DNA of 64,000 nucleotides from Acidimicrobiales bacterium (GCA_965116465.1 OZ220687.1:2822759-2886758); one strand, 5' to 3'. Shown: positions 36,951 to 46,438, numbered from the stretch's first letter. A program made the numbers and translations. The notes: generated from the letters alone by a model not told the origin.

Positions 36951-38869
36951 TTGTAGGACCTCGTGGTCGGCGTCACGGTGTTGAACTCCAACTCCTCGCG
37001 GTGGCGGATCGGCTCGGCGCCCGGTCCGGCCCACTCCCAGGCCGCCACGTGCGCGAACCGGTCGTCGTCGCGGCGGGCCTCACCCTCGGCGTCCTGGTGC
37101 TCCTCGCGGAAGTGGCCGCCGCAGGACTCCTCGCGCTCCAGCGCGTCGCGCGCCAGCAACTCGGCGAGTTCGAAGAAGTCGTCGACGCGCCCGACCTTCT
37201 CGAGGGACTGGTTGAGCGTGGCGGCAGAACCGGGGACGTAGACGTCGGCGTGGAACTCCTCGCGCAGGGCGGGGATCTCCGCCAGCGCCTTCCGGAGCCC
37301 GGCGGCGTTGCGCGACATGCCGCAGTGGTCCCAGACGATCCTGCCCAGTTCGCGGTGGAACCAGTCCACGGTGCGCGAACCCCGGCCGGCGGTCCAGCGG
37401 GCGATCGAGTCGTCGATCTCGGAGACGGTGGCGGCGAAGGCGGGATGGTCGGTCCCCGGCGCCGCCTTGCCCAGGTGGCCGGCGAGGTAGTCGCCGACGG
37501 TGTAGGGGATGACGAAATAGCCGTCGGCCAGCCCCTGCATCAGTGCCGAGGCCCCGAGGCGGTTGGCGCCGTGGTCGGAGAAGTTCGCCTCGCCCGCCAC
37601 GAAGAGCCCCGGCACGTTGCTCATGAGGTTGTAGTCCACCCACAGGCCGCCCATCGTGTAGTGGACCGCCGGGTAGATCCGCATGGGCACCCGGTAGGGA
37701 TCCTCCCCGGTGATGCGCTCGTACATGTCGAAGAGGTTCCCGTACTTGGCCCGTACCACGTTTGCGCCATCACGTGCCAGCACATCGGAGAAGTCCAGGT
37801 AGACCCCGTTGCGCAACGGGCCGACCCCCCGGCCGGCATCCACGACGGCCTTGGCGTTGCGCGACGCCACGTCCCTGGGCACCAGGTTCCCGAAGGCGGC
37901 GTACTTCTCCTCGAGGTAGTAGTCGCGCTCGGCCTCGGGGATCTCCTCCGGCGGCCTCGCATCGTCGAAGGCCCGCGGCACCCAGATGCGCCCGTCGTTG
38001 CGCAGGGACTCCGACATCAGCGTCAGCTTGGACTGGAAGTCGTCCCCGGCGGGGATGCAGGTGGGGTGGATCTGGGTGTAGCAGGGGTTGGCGAACAGGG
38101 CGCCGCGCCGGTGCGCCCGCCACGCCGCGGTGACGTTGCACATCTTGGCGTTCGTGGACAGGAAGTAGACATTGCTGTAGCCCCCGGTGGCCAGGATGAC
38201 GGCGTCGCCGGCGTGGGCGCTGACCTCGCCGGTCAGCAGATCCCGCACGACGATGCCGGCCGCCCGATCCTCGGCCACCACCAGGTCCAACATCTCCGCT
38301 CGGGTGTGCAGGTCGACGGTTCCCGCCGCCACCTGCCGCATCAGCGCCGAGTAGGCGCCGAGCAGGAGTTGCTGGCCGGTCTGGCCGCGGGCGTAGAAGG
38401 TGCGCGACACCTGCGCCCCGCCGAAGGAGCGATTGTCGAGGAGGCCGCCGTACTCGCGGGCGAAGGGGACGCCGGCCGCCACGCACTGGTCGATGATCGC
38501 CACCGACGTCTCGGCGAGGCGGTGCACGTTGGCCTCACGGCTGCGGTAGTCGCCGCCCTTGATGGTGTCGTAGAAGAGCCGGAAGACGCTGTCGCCGTCG
38601 TTCTTGTAGTTCTTGGCGGCGTTGATGCCGCCCTGCGCGGCGATGGAGTGCGCCCGGCGCGGCGAGTCGTGGTAGGTGAACGCCTTGACCCGGTAGCCGA
38701 GCTCGCCCAGGGACGCCGCGGCGGACGCCCCCGCCAGACCGGTTCCCACCACGATGATCGTGAAGCGGCGCTTGTTGTTGGGGTTGACGAGGCGCAGGGA
38801 GAACTTGTGGTCCGTCCAGGCGTCCTCGATCGGCCCGCCGGGCAGCCGCGCCTCCAGACCGCCGATCAT
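36947..38869 (-). CDS. sdhA: Succinate dehydrogenase/fumarate reductase flavoprotein subunit
   Basis: FAD motif [42 protein letters not shown], and [10 protein letters not shown]. Confidence 0.93.
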   Translation of the reverse strand: MIGGLEARLPGGPIEDAWTDHKFSLRLVNPNNKRRFTIIVVGTGLAGASAAASLGELGYRVKAFTYHDSPRRAHSIAAQGGINAAKNYKNDGDSVFRLFYDTIKGGDYRSREANVHRLAETSVAIIDQCVAAGVPFAREYGGLLDNRSFGGAQVSRTFYARGQTGQQLLLGAYSALMRQVAAGTVDLHTRAEMLDLVVAEDRAAGIVVRDLLTGEVSAHAGDAVILATGGYSNVYFLSTNAKMCNVTAAWRAHRRGALFANPCYTQIHPTCIPAGDDFQSKLTLMSESLRNDGRIWVPRAFDDARPPEEIPEAERDYYLEEKYAAFGNLVPRDVASRNAKAVVDAGRGVGPLRNGVYLDFSDVLARDGANVVRAKYGNLFDMYERITGEDPYRVPMRIYPAVHYTMGGLWVDYNLMSNVPGLFVAGEANFSDHGANRLGASALMQGLADGYFVIPYTVGDYLAGHLGKAAPGTDHPAFAATVSEIDDSIARWTAGRGSRTVDWFHRELGRIVWDHCGMSRNAAGLRKALAEIPALREEFHADVYVPGSAATLNQSLEKVGRVDDFFELAELLARDALEREESCGGHFREEHQDAEGEARRDDDRFAHVAAWEWAGPGAEPIRHREELEFNTVTPTTRSYK

Positions 38870-39663
38870 GACCCGGCTCCGGTGTGGTCGATTTGCTGCT
38901 GGTGTTCGCGTACGACCGATCTGCCGCCGTCGTCGATGACGCCGGCCTGCACCAGGATCGGGAAGCTGAGGTTGCCGACCAGGATCACCGTGGCGAAGGC
39001 CTGGGCGAACCTGCGCCGCAGCGGGTTCCAGCGCGGGCTGTTGATCCCGAGACTCTGGAACATGCTCCAGGCGCCGTGGTAGATGTGGGTGGCCAGCGCC
39101 ACGTTGGCGACGATGTACCAGATGGCGACGGGCAGGTTGGACAGGCTCGCCACCACGTTGTGGTAGGGGTCGCCACGTACGTAGTCGGGGTTGAAGTGCC
39201 CCCAGGTCAAGTCGGCCAGGTGGTACACGACGAACAGGCCCACGAGAGGTCCCGTCCAGCGCATCGTACGCGAGGCGTAGTTGGCGGCGATGTAGTCACG
39301 GCCTCCGGCGTAGCTGCGGTCGGCCGAGCGGCTCATCCGGGTCAGGCTGTAGGCCGAATGGAGGTGCAGCGCGAAGGCGGTGATGAGACCGGCCCGCAGT
39401 GCCCACAGCACCCAAGTCCGCGGGATGACCTCGGTGCCGAGATCGCGCAGGGTCTCGGCGTACTCGTGTGTCTCCCACGGGCCGTCGTAGAGGTGCAGGT
39501 TGCCGAGCATGTGCACCAGCACGAATCCCAGCAGGGCGAGCCCGGTGAGTGCCATCACCCACTTCTTGCCGACCGCCGACTGGTAGAGGTTCAGCGGCCA
39601 CGGAAGCTGCCGCGGCGCCGGGCGCCGGCGGCGGGGACCTGCCGGCTTCTCGGCAGTCGGCAT
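38866..39663 (-). CDS. sdhC: Succinate dehydrogenase cytochrome b subunit (b558 family)
   Basis: 265 aa and five TM segments. [28 protein letters not shown] is typical of the single large cytochrome b anchor. It overlaps the sdhA start by 4 nt. Confidence 0.8.
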   Translation of the reverse strand: MPTAEKPAGPRRRRPAPRQLPWPLNLYQSAVGKKWVMALTGLALLGFVLVHMLGNLHLYDGPWETHEYAETLRDLGTEVIPRTWVLWALRAGLITAFALHLHSAYSLTRMSRSADRSYAGGRDYIAANYASRTMRWTGPLVGLFVVYHLADLTWGHFNPDYVRGDPYHNVVASLSNLPVAIWYIVANVALATHIYHGAWSMFQSLGINSPRWNPLRRRFAQAFATVILVGNLSFPILVQAGVIDDGGRSVVREHQQQIDHTGAGS

Positions 39664-39861
39664 TGGGGTGACTGGACTCAGCGTGCTGCTCCTGCGCGTG
39701 GTCGCGGGGGTGGGCCGGGCGGTCGACGCCCCGATGGGGCTCTGCGGATCGTTACGTTACCGGCGGGAACCCCTGTCGCCCGGAAACCTCGAGAAATCCC
39801 CGCTCCCGCACTTGATTTTGTCCGAGACACCCGGCATAATCTCAGTTACACGCTTGTAATT

Positions 39862-39897
39862 ACACAGGTGTGAATAGGCCTGTGGACAACACAGGTG
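39862..39897. promoter_or_regulatory. Candidate operator in the sdhC-whiB divergent intergenic region
   Basis: The 9-bp direct repeat ACACAGGTG occurs at 39862-39870 and 39889-39897, with the inverted half-site CCTGTG at 39879-39884 between them. The adjacent palindrome GTAATTAC (39856-39863) overlaps the first copy by 2 nt. This is an AT-richer patch about 90-120 nt upstream of whiB. Confidence 0.35.
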
Positions 39898-39983
39898 CCA
39901 AAAGGTGCTCGGACGGCTGCCGGAGGTGACCGTTCCGGGGGGATCCCCGGGTCCGAGACCCAGACGATGGGGAGGATGTCCGG

Positions 39984-40262
39984 ATGTTCACCCAGGAGAT
40001 GCGAGTCCAGGATCCCTGGAAGCAGTACGCCAACTGCCTCGGTGTGGATCCCGATCTGTTCTTCCCCGAGCGCGGGGCGTCCACCAAGGAGGCCAAGCGC
40101 GTCTGCAGTGCCTGCGTCGTCCGCACGGAGTGCCTCGAGTACGCCCTCGAGAACGGTGAGAAGTTCGGGATCTGGGGCGGCATGAGCGAGCGAGAGCGTC
40201 GGCGCGTACGACGCGAGCGCGCCCTGGCGCGGCGCCAGGCGAGCGGCTCAGCCACGGCCTGA
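39984..40262 (+). CDS. whiB: WhiB-family transcriptional regulator
   Basis: Four Cys (C...CSACVVRTEC) plus GIWGGMSERERRRVRR, the WhiB Fe-S and DNA-binding signature. Confidence 0.9.
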   Translation: MFTQEMRVQDPWKQYANCLGVDPDLFFPERGASTKEAKRVCSACVVRTECLEYALENGEKFGIWGGMSERERRRVRRERALARRQASGSATA

Positions 40263-40286
40263 GGGCCTGCGGGCCGCCAATTTTTT
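40255..40286 (+). terminator. Weak hairpin plus T6 tract after whiB
   Basis: The GGCCTGCGGGCC hairpin (40264-40275) is followed by TTTTTT at 40281-40286. A T-run is conspicuous in this GC-rich sequence. Confidence 0.4.
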
Positions 40287-40333
40287 CCGCTTGCTGACGG
40301 CCTCAGCGAGTGCTGATCAGGTAACCTGTCGTC

Positions 40334-40522
40334 GTGGCAGTAATCGGAACCACCGAGTTGATCATCATCCTGGTGATCGTTCTGGTGATCTTCGGTGGCG
40401 CCAAGCTTCCGAAGCTGGCGCGGTCCCTCGGGCAGGCCCAGAGAGAGTTCCGCAAGAACGCCGATGACGTCGAGGAATCGGCCTCGAGCGGATCCGCCGA
40501 CACCAAGAACAGCGACACCTGA
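40334..40522 (+). CDS. tatA: Twin-arginine translocase subunit TatA/E
   Basis: 62 aa. The N-terminal TM ELIIILVIVLVIFGGAKLPKLARSLGQAQREFRK is the TatA signature (FG hinge plus amphipathic helix). Confidence 0.9.
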   Translation: MAVIGTTELIIILVIVLVIFGGAKLPKLARSLGQAQREFRKNADDVEESASSGSADTKNSDT

Positions 40523-40546
40523 CGCCCTTGATGGGGCGCCGGGGGG

Positions 40547-40846
40547 TCAGGCGACGGCCGCCGGCCTGTCCTCCACGGGACGCTGCAACCGCTCCTGCTG
40601 CCGGCGGCGTTGCAGGCGCCGACGCTGGCGCTCGGAGGCCCCGCCCCAGACCCCGTGGGAGATGTGATTGGCGAGGGCGTACTCGAGGCACTCGTCGGCC
40701 ACGGGACATTCGGCGCAGATCTTCTGCGCGTGCAGGACACCGACGCCGTCGGAGGGGAAGAAGACATCCGGCGACTCGCTGACGCAGCGCGCCCGCCTCA
40801 TCCAGCCCGTGCTCGGCAACCTCGACGGCATTGTCGCGGTGTCCAT
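40547..40846 (-). CDS. whiB: WhiB-family transcriptional regulator (second paralog)
   Basis: C...CAECPVADEC plus GVWGGASERQRRRLQRR. Confidence 0.85.
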   Translation of the reverse strand: MDTATMPSRLPSTGWMRRARCVSESPDVFFPSDGVGVLHAQKICAECPVADECLEYALANHISHGVWGGASERQRRRLQRRRQQERLQRPVEDRPAAVA

Positions 40847-41007
40847 CGGGAGTAAGTACGTGACGCGACGGCTAAAGGCCCCGTAAAGGACTCGGAACCG
40901 ACCGACCGGAGCCCTGCCGGCGATTCGGTCGGGGCGCCACAGGGCGGTAGCCTCGGACTGCGGGTTACCTCGATGCCGAGTTCACCGAGGGGCCGGAAGG
41001 AGTGTTC

Positions 41008-41307
41008 ATGACAAGCATCGGGCCCGACTACGAGCAGGAGCTGCCGCCGCCCGTCGGCCACGTCAAGGTCGTCTACATCGGTCCCGTGGCGCCGCATTGG
41101 GAGTTCCGGTCGGACTTCGGTGACAGGCAACTGATCGAGGACTTCCGCATGCGCGCCCAGGCGAGGCTGTTGCTGCTGCCGAGGGACGACCCCCAGTTCC
41201 GCCGGAACCGGGAGCGGATCAACCGGGACGCCGTGCGCCAGAACCTCCTGATCGAGTGGGATCTGGGCTACGACGAGGACGAGTTCGACCCCTACAGCGA
41301 GCCCTGA
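41008..41307 (+). CDS. Conserved-looking hypothetical protein (99 aa) immediately upstream of ppk1
   Basis: ATG at 41008, 6 nt after GGAAGGAG. High GC3 coding frame. It stops 12 nt before the ppk1 start. I recognise no family. Confidence 0.55.
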   Translation: MTSIGPDYEQELPPPVGHVKVVYIGPVAPHWEFRSDFGDRQLIEDFRMRAQARLLLLPRDDPQFRRNRERINRDAVRQNLLIEWDLGYDEDEFDPYSEP

Positions 41308-41319
41308 AGGGGGGCTTAG

Positions 41320-43428
41320 GTGACCATCGGCGCGCCCATCGAGACCTCCGCTCACGCGACGGGTGTGGCCGCGTCGGGCGACCTGTCCGGTGCGGCCGGC
41401 CGCTACCTGAACCGCGAACTCTCGTGGTTGGACTTCGACGCCCGCGTTCTGCACTTGGCGCGCGACGAGGACATCCCGCTGCTGGAGCGGCTGCGCTTCT
41501 GCGTCATCGCCGCCGGGAACCTGGACGAGTTCTTCCAGGTGCGGGTGGCGAGCCTCAAGGCGCGGTTGGCCGAGGGCCGGCTGGAGCGTTCCGTGGACGG
41601 GTTCACGCCGCAGGCGCAGCTCGCCGGCATCCATGCGCGGGTCGAGACGCTGCTGGCGGGCCTCGAGAGCGTTCTCCGCAGCGAGATCCTCCCCACGCTG
41701 GCGGCGGAGGGAATCCAGGTCGTGGAATGGAGCGATCTGGACACCGACGACCGGAAGTTCCTGGAGGGCGAGTTCGCCGACCGGATCTACCCCATCCTGA
41801 CGCCGCTGGCGGTTGATCCCGGCCATCCCTTCCCGTACCTCTCGAACCTGTCCACGAGCCTCGGCGTGCGGCTGGTGGATCCCGAGAGTGGCCGCCACTG
41901 CTTCGCCCGGATCAAGGTGCCGTTCACCTACGGGAGGCTGCTGAGCCTGCCCGACGGCGAGCGCTTCATCCCCATCGAGCAGGTCATAGCGGCGCACCTC
42001 GAGGCGCTGTTCCCGGGCATGGAGATCCGGGAGCACGCCTGCTTCCGGGTGACGCGCAACGCCGACCTTTCCGTCGACGATCAGGAGGCCGAGGATCTGC
42101 TGACGGCGGTGGAGGCCGAGTTGCAGAGGCGCCGGTTCCGCGCCGTGGTCCGCCTGGAGATGTCGGCGTCGGCCTCGGTGGCGATGCGGAACCTGCTGAT
42201 GGACGAGCTGGACGTGCTGCCCGACGACGTCTACACCACGGACTTCCTGCTGCACGTCGGGGGCCTGAGCCAGCTGTGCAAACTCAAGCGACCCGACCTG
42301 CTGTGGTCGCAGCGTCACCAGTTCGTGCCGGCGCCGCTGCGGCCCACCGGCGAGGGCACGCCGGACTTCTTCGCCGCCATCCGCAACGCCGACGTGCTGG
42401 CGCACCACCCCTACGACTCCTTCGGCGCCTCGGTGCAGGAGTTCATCGGTCAGGCGGCCGAGGATCCGCACGTGCTGGCCATCAAGATGACCCTCTACCG
42501 CACCGACGGCGACGGCGACATCGTGGAGGCGCTCGTCTCGGCCGCCGAACGGGGCAAGCAGGTGGCGGTGGTGGTGGAGTTGAAGGCCCGCTTCGACGAG
42601 CAGGCCAACATCGGCTGGGCGCGGCAACTGGAGAACGCCGGGGTGCACGTGGCCTACGGGCTGGTGGGGCTGAAGGTGCACGCCAAGATCTGCCTGGTGG
42701 TGCGCGCCGAGCCCGACGGGATCCGGCGCTACTGCCACGTCGGCACCGGCAACTACAACGCCCTCACGGCCCGGACCTATGAGGACCTGGGCCTGCTGAC
42801 CGCCGATGAGATCATCGGCGCCGACCTGTCGCACCTGTTCAACCGGCTCACCGGCTACGGCCACGGGTTCACCTACGGCGAACTCGTGGTGGCGCCCGAA
42901 GGGGTGCGGCCGCACATCGCCGAACTCATCGCCGCCGAGGCCGCCCACGGGGACCGGGGTCGCATCACCTTGAAGATGAACAGCCTCGTGGACGCCGAGA
43001 TCATCGACGCCCTGTACGCCGCCTCGGCGGCCGGGGTCCGCATCGACCTGCTGGTCCGAGGGATCTGCTGCCTGCGCCCGGGCGTGCCGGGCCTGTCGGA
43101 GACCATCAGCGTGCGGTCGGTGGTCGGCCGCTACCTCGAGCACTCGCGCATCTACTGCTTCGGCAACGCCAAAGGCGTGGGGCAACCGGTGTACCTCATC
43201 GGCTCGGCCGACCTGATGCCCCGCAACCTGAACAGCCGCGTCGAGGCGCTCGTGCCCGTGCACGACCCGCGGCTGCAGGCGCGCCTGCAGCGGATCCTGG
43301 ACACGAGCCTCGCGGAGCAGGCACGGGCCTGGACGCTGCACCCCGACGGCTCCTGGTCAGCGCCGCGCCCGGGCACCGTCTCGCCCCACGACACGCTGCA
43401 GAACATCCCCGGCGTCGCCGAGGTCTGA
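41320..43428 (+). CDS. ppk: Polyphosphate kinase 1
   Basis: 702 aa. YLNRELSWLDFDARVL, NLDEFFQVRV, and the two PLD-like HKD regions (VGLKVHAKICLVVR; GRYLEHSRIYCFGN). Confidence 0.95.
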   Translation: MTIGAPIETSAHATGVAASGDLSGAAGRYLNRELSWLDFDARVLHLARDEDIPLLERLRFCVIAAGNLDEFFQVRVASLKARLAEGRLERSVDGFTPQAQLAGIHARVETLLAGLESVLRSEILPTLAAEGIQVVEWSDLDTDDRKFLEGEFADRIYPILTPLAVDPGHPFPYLSNLSTSLGVRLVDPESGRHCFARIKVPFTYGRLLSLPDGERFIPIEQVIAAHLEALFPGMEIREHACFRVTRNADLSVDDQEAEDLLTAVEAELQRRRFRAVVRLEMSASASVAMRNLLMDELDVLPDDVYTTDFLLHVGGLSQLCKLKRPDLLWSQRHQFVPAPLRPTGEGTPDFFAAIRNADVLAHHPYDSFGASVQEFIGQAAEDPHVLAIKMTLYRTDGDGDIVEALVSAAERGKQVAVVVELKARFDEQANIGWARQLENAGVHVAYGLVGLKVHAKICLVVRAEPDGIRRYCHVGTGNYNALTARTYEDLGLLTADEIIGADLSHLFNRLTGYGHGFTYGELVVAPEGVRPHIAELIAAEAAHGDRGRITLKMNSLVDAEIIDALYAASAAGVRIDLLVRGICCLRPGVPGLSETISVRSVVGRYLEHSRIYCFGNAKGVGQPVYLIGSADLMPRNLNSRVEALVPVHDPRLQARLQRILDTSLAEQARAWTLHPDGSWSAPRPGTVSPHDTLQNIPGVAEV

Positions 43429-43454
43429 GCGCCGGGCGCGGGCCGCGCCGCGCC

Positions 43455-43487
43455 TGTCATGCCGAGTTCACCTTCTGTTCACTTTCC
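43455..43487 (+). promoter_or_regulatory. PHO box: 11-nt direct-repeat units upstream of pstS
   Basis: GTTCACCTTCT (43466-43476) and GTTCACTTTCC (43477-43487) are in exact 11-nt phase, preceded by a degenerate unit TGTCATGCCGA. This matches the GTTCACC-core direct-repeat model for actinobacterial PhoP/RegX3-type regulators. It lies about 70-100 nt upstream of the pstS start. Confidence 0.55.
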
Positions 43488-43553
43488 CATCGGGTTGCGG
43501 TTTTCTTGCCTCGTTAGCTTGCGGACGTCTTTCAGCAGATGAAGGAGGAAGAC

Positions 43554-44741
43554 GTGAGACGAGCAAGCAAGGGTTGGCAATGGTTTGGCGCGGTGACCTG
43601 CGCCGTTGCGCTGATCGCGGCTGCCTGCGGCGGTGATGAGGATGATGGTGGGAGCGCGACCGCTCCGTCCGCGGAGGTGGAACCCGCTCCCGCGGGGGAC
43701 GACGGCGGGGGCATCGGTCTCGGTGAGCCGCCGGCGCCGCCGCCGAGCGCCGAGGAGGGCGGCGCGGCCGTGGCGCAGCCTCAGGAACCGCCGGCGATCG
43801 AGGAGGAACTCGAGGCCATGACCGGCACCGTGACGATCTCGGGTTCTTCCACGGTGGAGCCGATTTCGGTGCGTGTGGCGGAACTGTTCCGGGACGTGGC
43901 CCCGAACGTGAACGTGACGGTGGATGGTCCGGGTACCGGTGATGGTTTCAAGTTGTTCTGCGCCGGTGAGACCGATATCTCCGACGCTTCCCGGCCGATC
44001 AAGGACGCTGAGGCGGAGGATTGCGCCGCGGCGGGTGTCGACTGGATCGAGTTGCGGGTGGGCATCGACGGCATCGCCGTGATGACCAACAACGCCAACG
44101 ATGCCGTGAACTGTCTGAACTTCGAGGATCTCTACGCCATTGTGGGCCCGGAGTCCTCGGGTTTCTCGAACTGGAGTGACGCCGGCGCGCTGGCCGCGGA
44201 GTTGGGTTCGTCGACGTCGTTCCCGGATCTGGAGTTGGACATCACGGCGCCGGGCGCCGAGTCGGGCACCTATGACAGCTTCATCGAGATTGTGCTGGAG
44301 GACATCGGTGATCACCGCGCCGAGGCCGGTGCCATCGGCGAGGACGAAGCGGCCACGACCCGCCCGGACTATGTCTCCGCCGGCGATGACAACGTCATCA
44401 TCCAGGGCGTCGAGGGCGCCACGGGCAGCTTCGGCTGGGTCGGTTTCGCTTATGCGGTCAATGCCGGCGTGAAGCTGCTGGATGTGGACGGCGGTGACGG
44501 TTGTGTGGCCGCCACGCCGGCGACGATCGCCAGCGGGGAGTACCCGGTGTCGCGGTCGCTGTACATCTACGTGAACGCCGCGCGCGCCGCCGCCAGCGAG
44601 GCCGTCGCCGCCTACGTGGACTTCTACATGAGCGAGACCGGTCTGGTGCAGGCGGTCAGCGACGTGGGTTATGTGACTCTCACCGACGACGCCCGTGCCG
44701 CCACGCAGGGCAACTGGGCCGGCCGGATCATCGGCGGTTGA
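43554..44741 (+). CDS. pstS: Phosphate ABC transporter substrate-binding lipoprotein
   Basis: GTG at 43554 after GAAGGAGGAAG. Lipobox LIAAACGG. A Pro/Glu/Gly-rich tether is followed by TISGSSTVEP, GPGTGDGF and the PstS family core. Confidence 0.9.
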   Translation: MRRASKGWQWFGAVTCAVALIAAACGGDEDDGGSATAPSAEVEPAPAGDDGGGIGLGEPPAPPPSAEEGGAAVAQPQEPPAIEEELEAMTGTVTISGSSTVEPISVRVAELFRDVAPNVNVTVDGPGTGDGFKLFCAGETDISDASRPIKDAEAEDCAAAGVDWIELRVGIDGIAVMTNNANDAVNCLNFEDLYAIVGPESSGFSNWSDAGALAAELGSSTSFPDLELDITAPGAESGTYDSFIEIVLEDIGDHRAEAGAIGEDEAATTRPDYVSAGDDNVIIQGVEGATGSFGWVGFAYAVNAGVKLLDVDGGDGCVAATPATIASGEYPVSRSLYIYVNAARAAASEAVAAYVDFYMSETGLVQAVSDVGYVTLTDDARAATQGNWAGRIIGG

Positions 44742-44805
44742 TCGTCGAGCGGCGTCGGAGCAGGGCGACCGGCCGGCTGCTTCGACGTGATCGCTCTCGG
44801 AGCCT

Positions 44806-44847
44806 CTGCGGGGTCGCCGGCGCCGGCTCAGGCCGGCGACCCCGCAG
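44806..44847 (+). terminator. Strong intra-operon stem-loop between pstS and pstC (attenuator or mRNA-stabiliser candidate)
   Basis: CTGCGGGGTCGCCGGC (44806-44821) and GCCGGCGACCCCGCAG (44832-44847) form a perfect 16-bp stem with a 10-nt loop. No U-tract. It lies in the 233-bp pstS-pstC gap. Confidence 0.5.
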
Positions 44848-44974
44848 TATCCTCTCCCGGGCCCGGCGCAGGGTCGCCGGTGCAATGCAGTGCCCGTGGC
44901 CCTGCCGGGCGGCGCCTCGTCCATCGAGGCCCGTCGCTCCCGATTTGTCCGTCGATGCTTGGTAGGTTCCGGCC

Positions 44975-46438
44975 ATGACCGACCTCGCGTTGCGTCTGGG
45001 CGGTCGCCAAGCCCCGTCGTTGCTCGGTCGTCTCATCGGTGGTACGACGCTGCCGGCCTTCGCGATCCTCGCCGGCATGGTCATGCTGGTGGTCTCGGCC
45101 TTCATGCCGTGGGCTGCGGTACAGGGCTCCGGGCAGACCGAGAACGCCTTCCAGGCCAACCTTCCGTGGTTGCTGGGAGGCACCGACCTGGCGCAGCAGA
45201 CGGCGGGCACCTTCGGCAACGGCTGGATCCTCATCGGCATTGTCATCGTCTGCGCGGCCATCGGCTATCCGCTGTTGGCCGGCCGTCGCATGGTGGCACT
45301 GCCGCTGGCGGTTATCGGCACCATCAGCACTCTCTACGTGTATTTCACCTCGTACCGGTTCGACAACCAGTTCGCCAAGATCGAGAACCTGATTGTTGAG
45401 GTGGGCAGCGGCTGGTGGTTGGCCCTCGTCGGCTCGCTGCTGATCGTGGCCGGTGGTCTGCTCGCCCGGGTCGGCGCCGGTGTCCACGGACCTGTAGCCG
45501 CCGTCGGCGGTCCGGTCACCATCGAGGCTCTCTCCGGCAGCCGTGACCGGCGCGACCGCGAGTCGGCGGTTCGGTTGGTCATGCTCGTCGCCGCGCTGGC
45601 TTCCGTCCTGGTCTCGGCGCTGATCATCCTGTCGCTGATCCGCGACGCCCTCACGTTCATGATCAACATCGAGTGGGCATCGGTCTGGACCAGCGGGTGG
45701 TTTCCGCGCCGGGGCTTCTACGACATCAAGACGCTCGTCGTCTCCACGGGTCTGGTGGTGGGCGTGTCGACGCTGATCGCCACTCCCGTCGGCCTCGCGG
45801 CGGCTGTCTACCTCGCCGAATACGCCAAGCCGAGGACACGGCGCTGGATGAAGCCCACCCTCGAGATCCTCGCCGGCATACCCAGCGTGGTGTTCGGCTT
45901 CTTCGCCCTGCAGTGGATCTCCCCCAACATCATCCAGAACATCGACCATTGGTTCGGCCAGGACGCCCGGCTCGGCAACCTCGCCGCCGCCGGTGTGGGT
46001 GTGGGATTCCTCAGCGTGCCGCTCATGGCCTCCATCTCCGAGGACGCCATGAAGGCGGTCCCCCATTCGCTGCGCGAGGCGTCCGCCGGCCTGGGGTCGC
46101 GCAAGGTCACGACGACCCTCCGGGTGGTGCTGCCGGCGGCCATCTCCGGACTGGTGGCGGCGTTCATCGTGACCACCTCGCGGGCGGTCGGCGAGACCAT
46201 GGTCGTGTTCATCGCCGGGGGCGGTGGTGACACTGCCGTCTACACGCACAACGTCTTCGACGGCAGCCTCACCATGACCGCCGCCATGGCCTCGCTCGCC
46301 TCGGGCACCGACGCCGTTGTGGGTGAGGGACTGACATTCGAATCCCTCTACTTCGTGGGGCTGATGCTGTTCCTACTCACGCTGGGCATGAACCTCATTG
46401 CCGACCGCGTCGTGCGCCGGTTCCAGAACAAGTACTGA
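44975..46438 (+). CDS. pstC: Phosphate ABC transporter permease PstC with a ~185-aa N-terminal membrane extension
   Basis: The C-terminal ~300 aa are canonical PstC (AAVYLAEYAKPRTRRWMKPTLEILAGIPSVVFGFFAL). The in-frame N-terminal part adds about four predicted TM helices with no stop in between. Confidence 0.85.
   Translation: MTDLALRLGGRQAPSLLGRLIGGTTLPAFAILAGMVMLVVSAFMPWAAVQGSGQTENAFQANLPWLLGGTDLAQQTAGTFGNGWILIGIVIVCAAIGYPLLAGRRMVALPLAVIGTISTLYVYFTSYRFDNQFAKIENLIVEVGSGWWLALVGSLLIVAGGLLARVGAGVHGPVAAVGGPVTIEALSGSRDRRDRESAVRLVMLVAALASVLVSALIILSLIRDALTFMINIEWASVWTSGWFPRRGFYDIKTLVVSTGLVVGVSTLIATPVGLAAAVYLAEYAKPRTRRWMKPTLEILAGIPSVVFGFFALQWISPNIIQNIDHWFGQDARLGNLAAAGVGVGFLSVPLMASISEDAMKAVPHSLREASAGLGSRKVTTTLRVVLPAAISGLVAAFIVTTSRAVGETMVVFIAGGGGDTAVYTHNVFDGSLTMTAAMASLASGTDAVVGEGLTFESLYFVGLMLFLLTLGMNLIADRVVRRFQNKY

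Noticed and set aside
39868-39885. A possible CRP/FNR-type site (TGTGA-N6-...) upstream of whiB, by analogy with mycobacterial whiB1
   Set aside because: The right half-site reads CTGTG rather than TCACA, so it does not form the required inverted repeat. I report the ACACAGGTG/CCTGTG arrangement without naming a regulator.
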